Positions 39,227 through 48,966 are shown, counted from the first letter of the stretch. The stretch: 64,000 nt of DNA from Candidatus Levyibacteriota bacterium (GCA_016182235.1 JACOXT010000003.1:258209-322208), one strand, 5' to 3'. Notes: generated by a model from the letters alone, not told the origin. Program-made: numbers and translations.

Positions 39227-40136
39227 AAAACAGACAAGAGTCTTACTGTACATATTCCTGTTTTTTTCTCTTTTAGTTCTGGTTACCGCCTCTATTTTTG
39301 ATATTTTCTTAAGGCAATATATCTTCGAAGAGAAGCTAAATGAATTTCCAATTAACATATCTTCGGATTTATATCCTGTTCTTGCTTCTAAAATTAATTA
39401 CCCTATCACAGCTAAGGCGGCAGTTATAATGGATAGCGACTCAAAAGTTGTATTGTTTTCGAAAAATCCTAATCTTTTGTTCTCCATGGCATCAACCACA
39501 AAGATAATGACAGCGCTTATTGCGCTTGACTACTACAAAATGGGAGATGTCCTGACAATTAGAACAGATAACGTTGAAGGAGTAAGCGTAGGATTTCAGA
39601 AAGAACAGAAGTTCTTTTTTAAAGATATTTTGTATGCGATGCTTCTTCCTTCCGGAAATGACGCGGCATTAGCTTTGGCGCAAAACTATCCCAATGGAGA
39701 ATACGCATTTGTTGAAAAAATGAACGAGAAAGCGAGAAAATTACACCTTGATAACACCAATTTCGCAGATACGGCAGGACTAAAAGATAGAGAGGATTAT
39801 ACTACTGTTTTGGATTTGGCAAAGCTTGCCTCTTATGCCATCCAAAATAAAACCTTTGCCGAGATTGTCGCGACGAAAGAAGTCTCATTTTCAGATATCA
39901 CCGGCGAAAACAATTATAGGGTTTATAATCTAAATAAATTATTGGGAGTTTATGGTGTTAATGGTATAAAGACCGGATATACAGACGAAGCAGGTCAAGT
40001 CTTAGTCACGTCAAAGATGGAAGGAGACAATACTATTATTGTTGTTGTCATGGGAAGTGAAGATAGATTTTCAGACACAGAAAAATTGTTAAATTTGATA
40101 TCAGATAATATTAATTACTTATCCATTCATCCCTAA
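39192..40136 (+). CDS. D-Ala-D-Ala carboxypeptidase (S11)
   Basis: ASTTK, SGN and KTG motifs. Confidence 0.92.
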   Translation: MKDFHQYLKKIRKQTRVLLYIFLFFSLLVLVTASIFDIFLRQYIFEEKLNEFPINISSDLYPVLASKINYPITAKAAVIMDSDSKVVLFSKNPNLLFSMASTTKIMTALIALDYYKMGDVLTIRTDNVEGVSVGFQKEQKFFFKDILYAMLLPSGNDAALALAQNYPNGEYAFVEKMNEKARKLHLDNTNFADTAGLKDREDYTTVLDLAKLASYAIQNKTFAEIVATKEVSFSDITGENNYRVYNLNKLLGVYGVNGIKTGYTDEAGQVLVTSKMEGDNTIIVVVMGSEDRFSDTEKLLNLISDNINYLSIHP

Positions 40137-41142
40137 CTCCCGAAACATAAGCAATAAAATTAACTCCCTGAAAAATAATAACCGGCATAAGATATTCCGA
40201 CTCATCTGCATAATATCCAAGAGAGACATTTTTTATGGATATCTCGTTCTCTTGAGGATAAGATGCGATATAAGCTTTTCCCTGCTTCAGCTGAATAAAT
40301 GCTTCAGATGCAGTTTTTATGCCGTAAGTAGAAGAATCACTGGATATTTCTTTATAAGAATAATGTGCCTCAACTACTTTTAGCATGTTCTGTTCTTTTC
40401 CGACAAGTAAGTTAATACTTGATGTTAAACCGCCTTTATAATAAATAGGCAGATTGTCAATATTTTTTTGAAAAAAGTCCACCCTAACTATATTTGTACT
40501 TGAGATGCTAGTTGCAGGAGTGAGGGAGTTATTAATTATTGAGAACTGAGCGGTTTTAGTTTTTTCGTCACCTATATCTTTGGGAAATAAGGACATTGCC
40601 GCTAGGAATGATCTTGCCTCCTCAGTCGCCTCATTTAATTCATTTGAATTCTCAAAAGTCTCAAGAAACTGGGAATTCATAAATGGAGTTGAGAAAGTAA
40701 AATCTGATGAAAAGATATCAATTGTTATTGTTTTTGGAGGACTTTCTTCTACCCATTGATAGCTATCCTTAGAGATTTGAGTTCCCTCTTTTGCAAATCC
40801 AATTCCACGGATTTTATCCTGAGTTCTCTGAAGAGCTAAAAGATTGGGAACAGTTGGAACTATTTTATATACCTTTATTGTACTGGGAAGTTTTGGCAGA
40901 AGACCAGTTATCGTATCAAGAGTATAAGTAAAATTCCTGTTTTCCGATCCCTCTGGAAAAGAAATTGCTGGAAGTTTTCCAAATGCTATTTTAGGTATAG
41001 AGGAAGAATCGGGGAATATGATATTTTTAAGGGGCGTTAGTGCTTTTATTAGTATAAAAAGAAGAAGTAATACCAATAAGACAATCGCGCCCTTTCTAAT
41101 AATTTCAAGTACTCTTGCCTTAGTACTATTTAAGCTGGGCAT
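40111..41142 (-). CDS. membrane-anchored hypothetical protein
   Basis: N-terminal TM, FGKLP motif; start ATG 41142 with TATACT 8 nt upstream. Confidence 0.75.
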   Translation of the reverse strand: MPSLNSTKARVLEIIRKGAIVLLVLLLLFILIKALTPLKNIIFPDSSSIPKIAFGKLPAISFPEGSENRNFTYTLDTITGLLPKLPSTIKVYKIVPTVPNLLALQRTQDKIRGIGFAKEGTQISKDSYQWVEESPPKTITIDIFSSDFTFSTPFMNSQFLETFENSNELNEATEEARSFLAAMSLFPKDIGDEKTKTAQFSIINNSLTPATSISSTNIVRVDFFQKNIDNLPIYYKGGLTSSINLLVGKEQNMLKVVEAHYSYKEISSDSSTYGIKTASEAFIQLKQGKAYIASYPQENEISIKNVSLGYYADESEYLMPVIIFQGVNFIAYVSGVRDEWISN

Positions 41143-41182
41143 ACATATTGAGTATAAAGAATACTTGCTGTACAATGCAAGC

Positions 41183-42430
41183 ATGGTAAGAGTACGTATT
41201 GCCCCTAGCCCAACTGGAATTCCCCATATCGGAAACACCCGTACCGCGCTTTTTAACTTCCTATTTGCGAAACATAATAAAGGGAAATTTGTTCTTCGTA
41301 TCGAAGATACAGATCAAAAAAGAATTGTCAAAGGAGCTAAAGAAGCAATAGTAGAAATTTTAGAATGGCTTGGGATGGACGTAGATGAAATGCATATCCA
41401 ATCAGAAAGATTAGATGAATATAAAAAGTATGCAAAAGTACTTGTTGAGAGCGACTTGGCTTTTGAAGAAGAAGGTGCAATATGGATGAAAATGCCAAAA
41501 GGAAAGATTTTTTCTTGGCAAGACAAAATCGGCAATAAAAAAATATCATTCAAAAGTGATGTTTTGGAGGACTTTGTGATACTAAAATCAGATGGTTTTC
41601 CGACTTATCATCTAGCAAATGTGGTTGACGATCACCTTATGAATATTTCCCATATCATAAGAGGAGATGAGTGGATTTCCTCAACACCAAAGCACATCTT
41701 ACTTTATGAATCTTTTGGCTGGAAGCTTCCTTTATTTGCCCATTTACCTGTTATTTTGGGTCCTGATAAAACAAAATTATCAAAGCGTCATGGTGCAAAA
41801 TCCGTACTGGATTACAGGAGCGAGGGATATTTAAAAGAAGCGCTTATTAATTTCATGGCTCTCTTGGGCTGGGGTCCTTCAGCAAACAAAGAGTTAATGG
41901 ATATATCAGAAATGATAAGCCTTTTTGATCTTTCAGACGTTAATTCCGCAAGCCCAATTTTCGACATCAAGAAATTGGATTGGATGAATGGAGAATACAT
42001 TAGAAGGACTCAGAACTCAAAACTCAAAACTCAAATCTGGGAATATTTAGGTAAGAAATACCCTATTCAAATCATTGAAAAGACGATACCGTTGGCGAGA
42101 GACAGGATTAAAAAACTATCCGATTATCTGCCTCTTTGCGAATTCTTTTTCAAAGAACCAAATAAGTATGAGATTGATCTTTCTCAAAAAAAAGATATGT
42201 TGCGACATGTTTTAAATACTTTAAAAGGTCTAAGAAATTGGAAAGGGGTTGTTCTTGGAGAGAAAATGCAAAAATTAGCTTCGTCACTTAAGATCAGAAA
42301 TAGTGAATTTTTCATGATGCTTAGAGTTGCGATAACTGGAAAGAAAATCTCTCCGCCATTGAATGAATCAATGGAGATTTTGGGTAAAGAAAAAGTGTTG
42401 GAAAGAATTAAGAATGCGATGCCGTTATGA
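41183..42430 (+). CDS. gltX: glutamate-tRNA ligase
   Basis: RIAPSPTG.PHIGN, LRIEDTD and KLSKR motifs. Confidence 0.97.
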   Translation: MVRVRIAPSPTGIPHIGNTRTALFNFLFAKHNKGKFVLRIEDTDQKRIVKGAKEAIVEILEWLGMDVDEMHIQSERLDEYKKYAKVLVESDLAFEEEGAIWMKMPKGKIFSWQDKIGNKKISFKSDVLEDFVILKSDGFPTYHLANVVDDHLMNISHIIRGDEWISSTPKHILLYESFGWKLPLFAHLPVILGPDKTKLSKRHGAKSVLDYRSEGYLKEALINFMALLGWGPSANKELMDISEMISLFDLSDVNSASPIFDIKKLDWMNGEYIRRTQNSKLKTQIWEYLGKKYPIQIIEKTIPLARDRIKKLSDYLPLCEFFFKEPNKYEIDLSQKKDMLRHVLNTLKGLRNWKGVVLGEKMQKLASSLKIRNSEFFMMLRVAITGKKISPPLNESMEILGKEKVLERIKNAMPL

Positions 42431-43026
42431 TAAACGTTGCTAAAATAATTTCGTTCCTGCTTAGCCCCTTGTTTATTTTGCTTCCTGTTCCTTATATTTT
42501 GGTCGAGAAAGTGAGCAGCAATCACCAATATGCCTTGAAATGGACAATTTTTTCTTATATTTTTGTATTAGCAGTAGCTGTTTTTATTTTGATAGGAGTA
42601 AAACTTAAGATTTTTTCTAATTTTGATGTTTCCAGAAAAGAACAAAGACCCATACTATTTTTATTTGTAGCTTTTACACTTCTTTGCTACGCTATATCTC
42701 TTCTTATCTTCGATGGTCCAAAAGTTCTTAATATAGTGGTTTTTGCTGTTGTTTTAGGATTAATAATTACGAATTTTATAAATCATTGGATTAAAGCAAG
42801 TATCCATCTTGCGACAGTAACTTCATTTTTATTGCTGTTTGGCATTCTTCACAAGGGTTATTATTTTCTTCTTTTGCTTTTAGTTCCTTTACTTGCATGG
42901 GCCAGAATTAGAAGTAAGGAGCATACACCTTTAGAAACCTTAGTTGGAACTCTTTTGGGGATTTTTTTGACGATTGCGGTATATACTTTTAGTAGACTTT
43001 TTCTTATGGGAATGATCTATAATTAA
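42427..43026 (+). CDS. PAP2-like membrane protein
   Basis: KASIH and WARIRSKEHT motifs. Confidence 0.65.
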   Translation: MINVAKIISFLLSPLFILLPVPYILVEKVSSNHQYALKWTIFSYIFVLAVAVFILIGVKLKIFSNFDVSRKEQRPILFLFVAFTLLCYAISLLIFDGPKVLNIVVFAVVLGLIITNFINHWIKASIHLATVTSFLLLFGILHKGYYFLLLLLVPLLAWARIRSKEHTPLETLVGTLLGIFLTIAVYTFSRLFLMGMIYN

Positions 43027-43028
43027 AT

Positions 43029-43397
43029 ATGATGGTTTACAATAATTCTTTAATAAAGTCTTTTGGGTACGCGTTTGAGGGGGTCTTTCATGCACTTCGA
43101 GAAAATCGTAATTTAAGAATACATTTTACTGTTGCCCTACTTGTTGTCTTATTAGGAATATATCTTCAAGTAAATCACTTTGAAATGGGAATTTTGATAG
43201 TAATGATTATTCTTGTAATATCATCTGAAATGATAAATACCGCGCTTGAGGAAATGGTTAATCTTATTGTAAGCGAACATAGGAAAGCGGCCAAGATAGC
43301 AAAAGATGTGGCAGCCGGTATGGTTTTGGTTACCGCGATTGGATCAGTAATTGTCGGGTCGTTAATCTTTCTTCCCTACATATTAAGGCTTCTTTGA
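43029..43397 (+). CDS. dgkA: diacylglycerol/undecaprenol kinase
   Basis: SFGYAFEG, EMINTALE and AKDVAAG motifs. Confidence 0.92.
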   Translation: MMVYNNSLIKSFGYAFEGVFHALRENRNLRIHFTVALLVVLLGIYLQVNHFEMGILIVMIILVISSEMINTALEEMVNLIVSEHRKAAKIAKDVAAGMVLVTAIGSVIVGSLIFLPYILRLL

Positions 43398-44185
43398 TGA
43401 AGAAGATAGGAATAGTTTTTTTGATCTTTACAACTGGCTTCTTGTTTGGAGCGGCAATATTTAGCCAAAATTCCACTCCGAATAAGAATCAAGATGTAAA
43501 AAGCGCTATTTCTTCGGCCACGCCCACAATTCAGCCAACACAAACAAGTGCTCCGACAGCGGCCACAGAAAAAGATTTATCCAGCACCGATTCGGTGCTG
43601 GATTTATACCAGGTCACAAAAGTAATTGATGGGGATACGATAAGTGTAAATATTGATGGAAAGAATGAAGTTATTCGTTTGTTGGGGATAGATTCTCCTG
43701 AGAGTGTTGATCTAAGGGAAGAGGCTCAATGTTTTGGGAAAGAGGCATCCGACAAAGCCAAGATTCTTTTGACAGGAAAAAAAGTTAGCCTTGAATCAGA
43801 TCAGACGCAAGGAGATAGAGACAAATATAAAAGACTCCTTCGTTATGTATTTTTGGAGGATGGCACAAACTTTAATAGGCTAATGATAGAATTAGGTTAT
43901 GCACATGAATATATGTATAAAACCCCTTATAGATATCAAATGGAATTCAAGCTTATGGAAGACAAGGCAAGAGAGAAAAAAGTAGGTCTATGGGCTGACA
44001 ATGCATGCGCAAGTCCGATACAAGGTCCGACCTTGACAGTTGTTGATGATAGCTTTTCTTGCAATGGCAAAACAACTTGCAGCCAGATGGCAAGCTGCGA
44101 TGAAGCGTATTTTTACTTAAATAGTTGTGGGTTGAGTAGATTGGACGCAGACAAAGATGGTGTGCCATGCGAGACATTATGTTAG
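43394..44185 (+). CDS. thermonuclease (SNase) with excalibur Ca-binding domain
   Basis: VIDGDT, RLLGIDSPE, DKYKRLL and LDADKDGVPCE motifs. Confidence 0.93.
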   Translation: MMKKIGIVFLIFTTGFLFGAAIFSQNSTPNKNQDVKSAISSATPTIQPTQTSAPTAATEKDLSSTDSVLDLYQVTKVIDGDTISVNIDGKNEVIRLLGIDSPESVDLREEAQCFGKEASDKAKILLTGKKVSLESDQTQGDRDKYKRLLRYVFLEDGTNFNRLMIELGYAHEYMYKTPYRYQMEFKLMEDKAREKKVGLWADNACASPIQGPTLTVVDDSFSCNGKTTCSQMASCDEAYFYLNSCGLSRLDADKDGVPCETLC

Positions 44186-44200
44186 ATAGAATGTTATTGG

Positions 44201-45367
44201 TTATCCTCTTTTGAATAACTTAAGGTAATTTTTGCCAAATAGAAGAATAAAGATTGAGAGAAATCCTGAGATTATGTATGGCAAAGCTATATTTAATGAA
44301 GCAAATGCTCCGCCTGTTAGCGGACCGAAAACCCGAGCCAAAGCAGCAAAAGATTGAGCAACTCCCAATACAATTCCTTGCTCATCGGGATCTGACTCAA
44401 GAGATATAAGAGATTGAATATTGACATTAAGTAGACTAAAACCCATAGAAGTAAATGGTCCAGCAATAAGAGCTAACCATCCAAATGGCGTTAAACCAAT
44501 CGAAATTACTGCAATACCGAAAATCACAAGTCCCAGTCTTATCATCTGTATCTCATTTATTTTTTTCAACAGAAGACTTATTAAATATGCCTGAGTTATA
44601 AAAGATCCAAGTCCGATAAGACCAAAATAATATCCGTTTTGCGATTCAGTCCATCCAAATCTCATTTGCGAGAATATGGGAAAAACTCCTATTATTAAGG
44701 CTAAAACAAAGTTTATAAAGAAGAAAAGTATTAGGAGAAAAGACATGTTTTTGGGGCGCAAAACTTCTCGTGTAACTTTATAATTAAAAAGCTCTATTTT
44801 AATGTCTTTTTGGAGTAGTTTATTTGATTCAGGAAGAATAATAAAAATTAGAAAAGTATTAATTAAGGAGAGTATAGCTGGGATGAGAAATGGAGCTCCG
44901 ATTCCAAATTTTTCTGATACAACTCCGCCTAGAAGCGGTCCTATTATAAATCCTAGACTAAAAGAGGCTCCAAGAAAGCCCATTCTCTTTGTTCTTTCGT
45001 GTTTAGTAGAACTGTCGGCAATATAAGCTTGCGCGACCGAAAGACTGGCGCTTCCGATTCCAGCAACTATTCTTGCTATAAAAATAATTAAAAGAGCTTG
45101 AGAGAAAAAAATTAAAGAATAAGAAATGGCATTTATGAAAGAACTTACAATCAAAACTGGTTTTCGGCCATATTTGTCCGAAAGCCTTCCCAATATGGGT
45201 GAGAAAAGGAACTGGAATAAGGAAAAAAGAGCAATAATAACTCCAACCAAAAAGACATTTCCGCCGACCCTTTCAACCAGGAGAGGAAGAATCGGAATAA
45301 CTATCCCGAATCCCAGCAAATCGATAAAAACCACAAGAAGTAAAATGAAAAGCTTTCTGTCGAGCAT
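44201..45367 (-). CDS. MFS transporter (TetA-like)
   Basis: GRLSDKYGRKP motif A, about 12 TM segments. Confidence 0.92.
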   Translation of the reverse strand: MLDRKLFILLLVVFIDLLGFGIVIPILPLLVERVGGNVFLVGVIIALFSLFQFLFSPILGRLSDKYGRKPVLIVSSFINAISYSLIFFSQALLIIFIARIVAGIGSASLSVAQAYIADSSTKHERTKRMGFLGASFSLGFIIGPLLGGVVSEKFGIGAPFLIPAILSLINTFLIFIILPESNKLLQKDIKIELFNYKVTREVLRPKNMSFLLILFFFINFVLALIIGVFPIFSQMRFGWTESQNGYYFGLIGLGSFITQAYLISLLLKKINEIQMIRLGLVIFGIAVISIGLTPFGWLALIAGPFTSMGFSLLNVNIQSLISLESDPDEQGIVLGVAQSFAALARVFGPLTGGAFASLNIALPYIISGFLSIFILLFGKNYLKLFKRG

Positions 45368-45401
45368 AAAAGTTTATTGTATCAATAAATAGATAGGGGG
45401 T

Positions 45402-45899
45402 TCAATGCTTATCTGGAGGAGATTTATATAATTTAAGGCCTAGAATTATTATTAAAAGAGAGATTGCGATTGGGGTTATGACTGGGCCAACCCAGGCAAT
45501 AGGAATTAAGAAATATACATCAACATCAAAAAGAGTTTTTGGCCAGCCGGTTAAATATTTTAGAAAAATATAGTAAAAAATATCCCATACTCCAAAAGCG
45601 ATTAAAAATGCTCCCAATCTTTGTTTCCACTTTTCCGCGGAAAGAAAAGCGAGTGATGCTAGCATAATCATTGTTGCTGCCTCTCTTTGTAACTCAGCGG
45701 CAGTAATCTTAGCATCGTTTAGGATTGGAATATCGGGCAAAATGAATGCAATTACACCTAAATTAAGAAGAGTTTTATAGTTACTTTGTACATAAGTGTT
45801 GCTGATATGAAAAATCTCCCGAAGATAAAATACAACAGTTGCCTCAACAAAAGCAAATGCTATTGAAAAGATTATCAACGAAATTAATCTTGCTTTCAT
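45402..45899 (-). CDS. conserved-looking membrane protein
   Basis: REAATMIML and WDIFYY; TM segments. Confidence 0.75.
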   Translation of the reverse strand: MKARLISLIIFSIAFAFVEATVVFYLREIFHISNTYVQSNYKTLLNLGVIAFILPDIPILNDAKITAAELQREAATMIMLASLAFLSAEKWKQRLGAFLIAFGVWDIFYYIFLKYLTGWPKTLFDVDVYFLIPIAWVGPVITPIAISLLIIILGLKLYKSPPDKH

Positions 45900-45980
45900 G
45901 TAGAAAGTATATCATTCCTCATAGATTAATTATATCAAGATTGTGGAAGGTCGGTAGATTTGATAAAATTAAGCTCGTAT

Positions 45981-46040
45981 TGCCGGATCGTCTAATGGCC
46001 ATGTCATGCGACATGGTCCTGTCGAATGACAGGATAGGAT
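45981..46040 (+). pseudogene. tRNA-Gln-like 5' fragment split by a 36-bp double hairpin
   Basis: TGCCGGATCGTCTAATGG[CCATGTC-ATGC-GACATGG TCCTGTC-GAAT-GACAGGA]TAGGA versus tRNA TACGGGATCGTCTAATGGTAGGA. Confidence 0.75.
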
Positions 46041-46307
46041 ATGTTTTATTATGTTTACATTTTATTGTTAAACAATAATAAGTTGTATACTGGGAGCTCA
46101 GGAGATCTAAAAAGAAGAGTTAAATATCATAATAATGGGTTAGTTAAGTCAACCAAAAACTATAAACCGGTTAAACTAATTCATTACGAAGCTTATTTAG
46201 AAAAAGGTGATGCTTTGAGACGAGAAAGGTATTTGAAGACAACAGAAGGGAAAAGATTTTTAAGACAACAAATTAAATTATTACTTAAGAAGATTGACTA
46301 TAAATAA
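46041..46307 (+). CDS. stand-alone GIY-YIG nuclease
   Basis: YYVYIL..LYTG...DLKRR..HN and YEAY...ALRRE motifs. Confidence 0.92.
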   Translation: MFYYVYILLLNNNKLYTGSSGDLKRRVKYHNNGLVKSTKNYKPVKLIHYEAYLEKGDALRRERYLKTTEGKRFLRQQIKLLLKKIDYK

Positions 46308-46312
46308 ACAAT

Positions 46313-46386
46313 TACGGGATCGTCTAATGGTAGGACGTAAGACTCTGAATCTTACTATCTAGGTTCGAATCCTAGTCCCGTAGCCA
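46313..46386 (+). tRNA. tRNA-Gln (CTG)
   Basis: Acceptor TACGGGA/TCCCGTA, anticodon arm TAAGA-CT CTG AA-TCTTA, GGTTCGAATCC, encoded CCA. Confidence 0.96.
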
Positions 46387-46404
46387 AGACGTGCAGATAA
46401 ATAT

Positions 46405-46427
46405 GCTGTTTCACTTTTCAGGTGAAG
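46405..46427 (+). repeat. cassette-boundary hairpin repeat, copy 1 (partial)
   Basis: GCTGTTTCACTTTTCAGGTGAAG. Confidence 0.7.
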
Positions 46428-46479
46428 GTTCGGTGAAGATCCATAATGAAACTTACCTTTGGTTTGGTATAATAAAAAT

Positions 46480-47622
46480 ATGAAAAGGAAAAGTATTTAC
46501 TCTTTAATTATTTTGGTTGCATTAGTTGCATTGGGATTGTCTGGTTTCTTCAACAAAGACTCATCTCTATCGGAACGCAAAGTTATCTGGAAACACAATC
46601 TAGAGACTAAAGGCATAATTAGAAGTGCTAATCTTTATGCAAAAGAAGATCTAATTTACGTGAGTAGTTATTACGGGCCTTTTTTACTTGAAATTGACAG
46701 TTCATCTGGACAGATAAAAAGAGAGTTTAAAGTAGGAGAAGGAATTAGGAGCTCAGATCTAACTGATAAAATTTTTTACTATAATACAATGGACAGATAT
46801 GACATAAAAAATAATTATATTCATGCTCTCGATATTTCTACAGGAGTTGAAAAGTGGACGCAAAAAATAGAAAACCCAGAAGAAGAATATGTCCCACTTT
46901 CTCTAAAAGCAGATGTCGGGAAAGTCTATCTTAATGAAGGATTCAGAAAAGTTCATGCTCTAGATAGTGAAAACGGAAAAAAATTATGGAGCTTCGGGAT
47001 TGAACTTTCTACAGAAAAGGTAATCAATGAGTCACCGCTTATAAGTACAGGAAAATCTGTAGTTATCTTGGGTTTTGATGATGGTATAGTGTATGCACTT
47101 GATTCAGAATCAGGCAAGGAATTATGGAAGTTTGACACTGATCATCCCAGGCATCCCAGGCCCGAGGAAATTCTAGTTACCAATAAGATAGTTTATGTTG
47201 CATCTTATAGCACTACTGGGGATACTGTTTATGCCCTCGATACTGAAACCGGACAGATTGAGTGGCAATTTTCAACCGATGGTAACCCAAACACTTCGAT
47301 GACATCTCATGAGGACATTTTATTTGTAGCAAAAGCACATGGGTATTTACATGCTGTTGATGGTAGGAGCGGCAAGGAATTATGGAAGTTTAAAACTGAC
47401 GATTTTCCTAGTAATCTTGTAGTTTCAGGCAATCGAATCTATTTTGGTAAAACTGAATATCGTGAACCGTTTCCCGCTGGGGGGCATATTTACGCTGTCG
47501 ATACTAAAAATGGAAGGCAAATATGGGACTATGAGACTCAAGGTACGATATCAGGCGTAGTTGCTACTAATGGTATTGGATACTTTTCTATAGGTAATGG
47601 AGAAATGATAGCAGTAAAATAA
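46480..47622 (+). CDS. PQQ/BamB-like beta-propeller protein
   Basis: Repeated ALD..sG.e.W.F units, N-terminal TM. Confidence 0.9.
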   Translation: MKRKSIYSLIILVALVALGLSGFFNKDSSLSERKVIWKHNLETKGIIRSANLYAKEDLIYVSSYYGPFLLEIDSSSGQIKREFKVGEGIRSSDLTDKIFYYNTMDRYDIKNNYIHALDISTGVEKWTQKIENPEEEYVPLSLKADVGKVYLNEGFRKVHALDSENGKKLWSFGIELSTEKVINESPLISTGKSVVILGFDDGIVYALDSESGKELWKFDTDHPRHPRPEEILVTNKIVYVASYSTTGDTVYALDTETGQIEWQFSTDGNPNTSMTSHEDILFVAKAHGYLHAVDGRSGKELWKFKTDDFPSNLVVSGNRIYFGKTEYREPFPAGGHIYAVDTKNGRQIWDYETQGTISGVVATNGIGYFSIGNGEMIAVK

Positions 47623-47867
47623 TTTTCGATATTATTTCCATAAAACCCCAGACTTAATTGAAAGTTCTTGTATGTGAATAGGTGATTGATACAATGACAC
47701 TTGTATTAATTTCGAGCAAAAATCGTGCGCACAAAAAAATAGCGGAGGCGCGGCGGGGGGCACATTCGGCAAGCTCAGTGTAAAGGCGCCGCGCAACATT
47801 ACAAGCCGAGCGGAGCGAGGCGAGATAACACATTGAGGTTCGACATTTTCGATAAGCGGCCAGCCAA

Positions 47868-48257
47868 ATGGCAACTGGGGTGAACCCAAGACTTCTTAAA
47901 GAAAAAATAATGCCTAAATTTGATATTCCGTTAGTTTTCTCCCAAATAGTTTCAGTTTATGATGTTCCTGACAAAGACAAGGGGAAACCGCATCCTTTTA
48001 TGGTAGAAAAGATTTTATCTGCACAACGCATTTCTGCGGAAGAAACTGTGCTTGTAGGAGATGCGAGAAACGACGTACTGATGGCAAGAGCAGCCGGTGT
48101 TACTCCAATTGTTGTGCTTACTGGTCATCTTAATGAGGCAGAAGCAAGAGGATTGGGAATTGCCCATATTATTCCAGATGTTACACATCTTGAGAGCGTA
48201 TTATCTCGCCTTCAGCGCTTGGAAGGACAAACAATAAATGGTAAGGAAAGACTGTAA
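47868..48257 (+). pseudogene. 5'-truncated HAD hydrolase, paralog of 50010-50723
   Basis: 16 differences over 129 aa from the C-terminus of the intact copy; lacks motif I (FDWDD). Confidence 0.85.
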
Positions 48258-48261
48258 AAGA

Positions 48262-48296
48262 AGGTAGCGAGGCTGTTTCACCTTCCAGGTGACGAT
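48262..48296 (+). repeat. cassette-boundary hairpin repeat, copy 2
   Basis: AGGTAGCGAGGCTGTTTCACCTTCCAGGTGACGAT. Confidence 0.9.
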
Positions 48297-48305
48297 CTTT
48301 AGAGT

Positions 48306-48728
48306 TTATTGTGATTTGGGAAGGTCAAGGTTTTCTTCGATAGCATCAACGCGTTTTTCGAGTTTACCATGATGCATTATTACTTCAGAAAGAATTACAG
48401 ATATATCTTCCTGCGCTCTATCTAACTTTTTATCAACATTGTCAATCTTTGAGCTAAGTTTGTGATCTACGGCATCGATTTTTGAACTTAACCTTTTATC
48501 TACAATATCAATCTTTGAGCTTAACTTTTGATCTACAGCATCAATTCTTGAGCTGAGTTTGTGATCTACGACATCAATCTTTGAACTTAGATTTTTATCA
48601 ACATTATCAATCTTTGAGCTAAGGTTTTCATCTGCAAAATCGATCTTTGAACTTAGTCTATGATCGGTTACTCCAACTTCTTCTTTGACAATTACCCTAA
48701 TTTGCTGCAAGTCGTTTTTTGTTAACAT
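48306..48728 (-). CDS. coiled-coil protein with seven 11-aa repeats
   Basis: (DxxLSSKIDxx) x7; 33-bp tandem repeat at 48435-48665. Confidence 0.85.
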   Translation of the reverse strand: MLTKNDLQQIRVIVKEEVGVTDHRLSSKIDFADENLSSKIDNVDKNLSSKIDVVDHKLSSRIDAVDQKLSSKIDIVDKRLSSKIDAVDHKLSSKIDNVDKKLDRAQEDISVILSEVIMHHGKLEKRVDAIEENLDLPKSQ

Positions 48729-48825
48729 ACAAGTACTATACTTTTTTTATGAAATTCTGTCAATCTATAAAATAGGTTCTAATGTATTCAAATACCCGCA
48801 GCCAAAATCTAAATCTAGCTATTCC

Positions 48826-48860
48826 AGGTGGCGAGGCTGTTTCACCTTCCAGGTGACGAT
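48826..48860 (+). repeat. cassette-boundary hairpin repeat, copy 3
   Basis: AGGTGGCGAGGCTGTTTCACCTTCCAGGTGACGAT (34/35 identical to copy 2). Confidence 0.9.
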
Positions 48861-48966
48861 TTCACTCCTCTCCAGTATGCTCAAGATACATTCGTCAATG
48901 TCTTACCGATGTGGTCAGCCAGTACAATCTATTGACTAATAATTTGTAATATGAAAAACTGGACCT

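Noticed and set aside
41018..41238. Long overlap between gltX and the divergent gene in the ORF track
   Set aside because: Real starts are probably 41183 and 41142, each with an adjacent -10 box
45981..46386. tRNA-Gln with a group I intron carrying a homing endonuclease
   Set aside because: The downstream tRNA is complete by itself, the stub mispairs in the acceptor stem, and there is no room for a ribozyme core
47632..47889. 85-aa minus-strand ORF
   Set aside because: Runs through GC-rich hairpins; no protein-like signal
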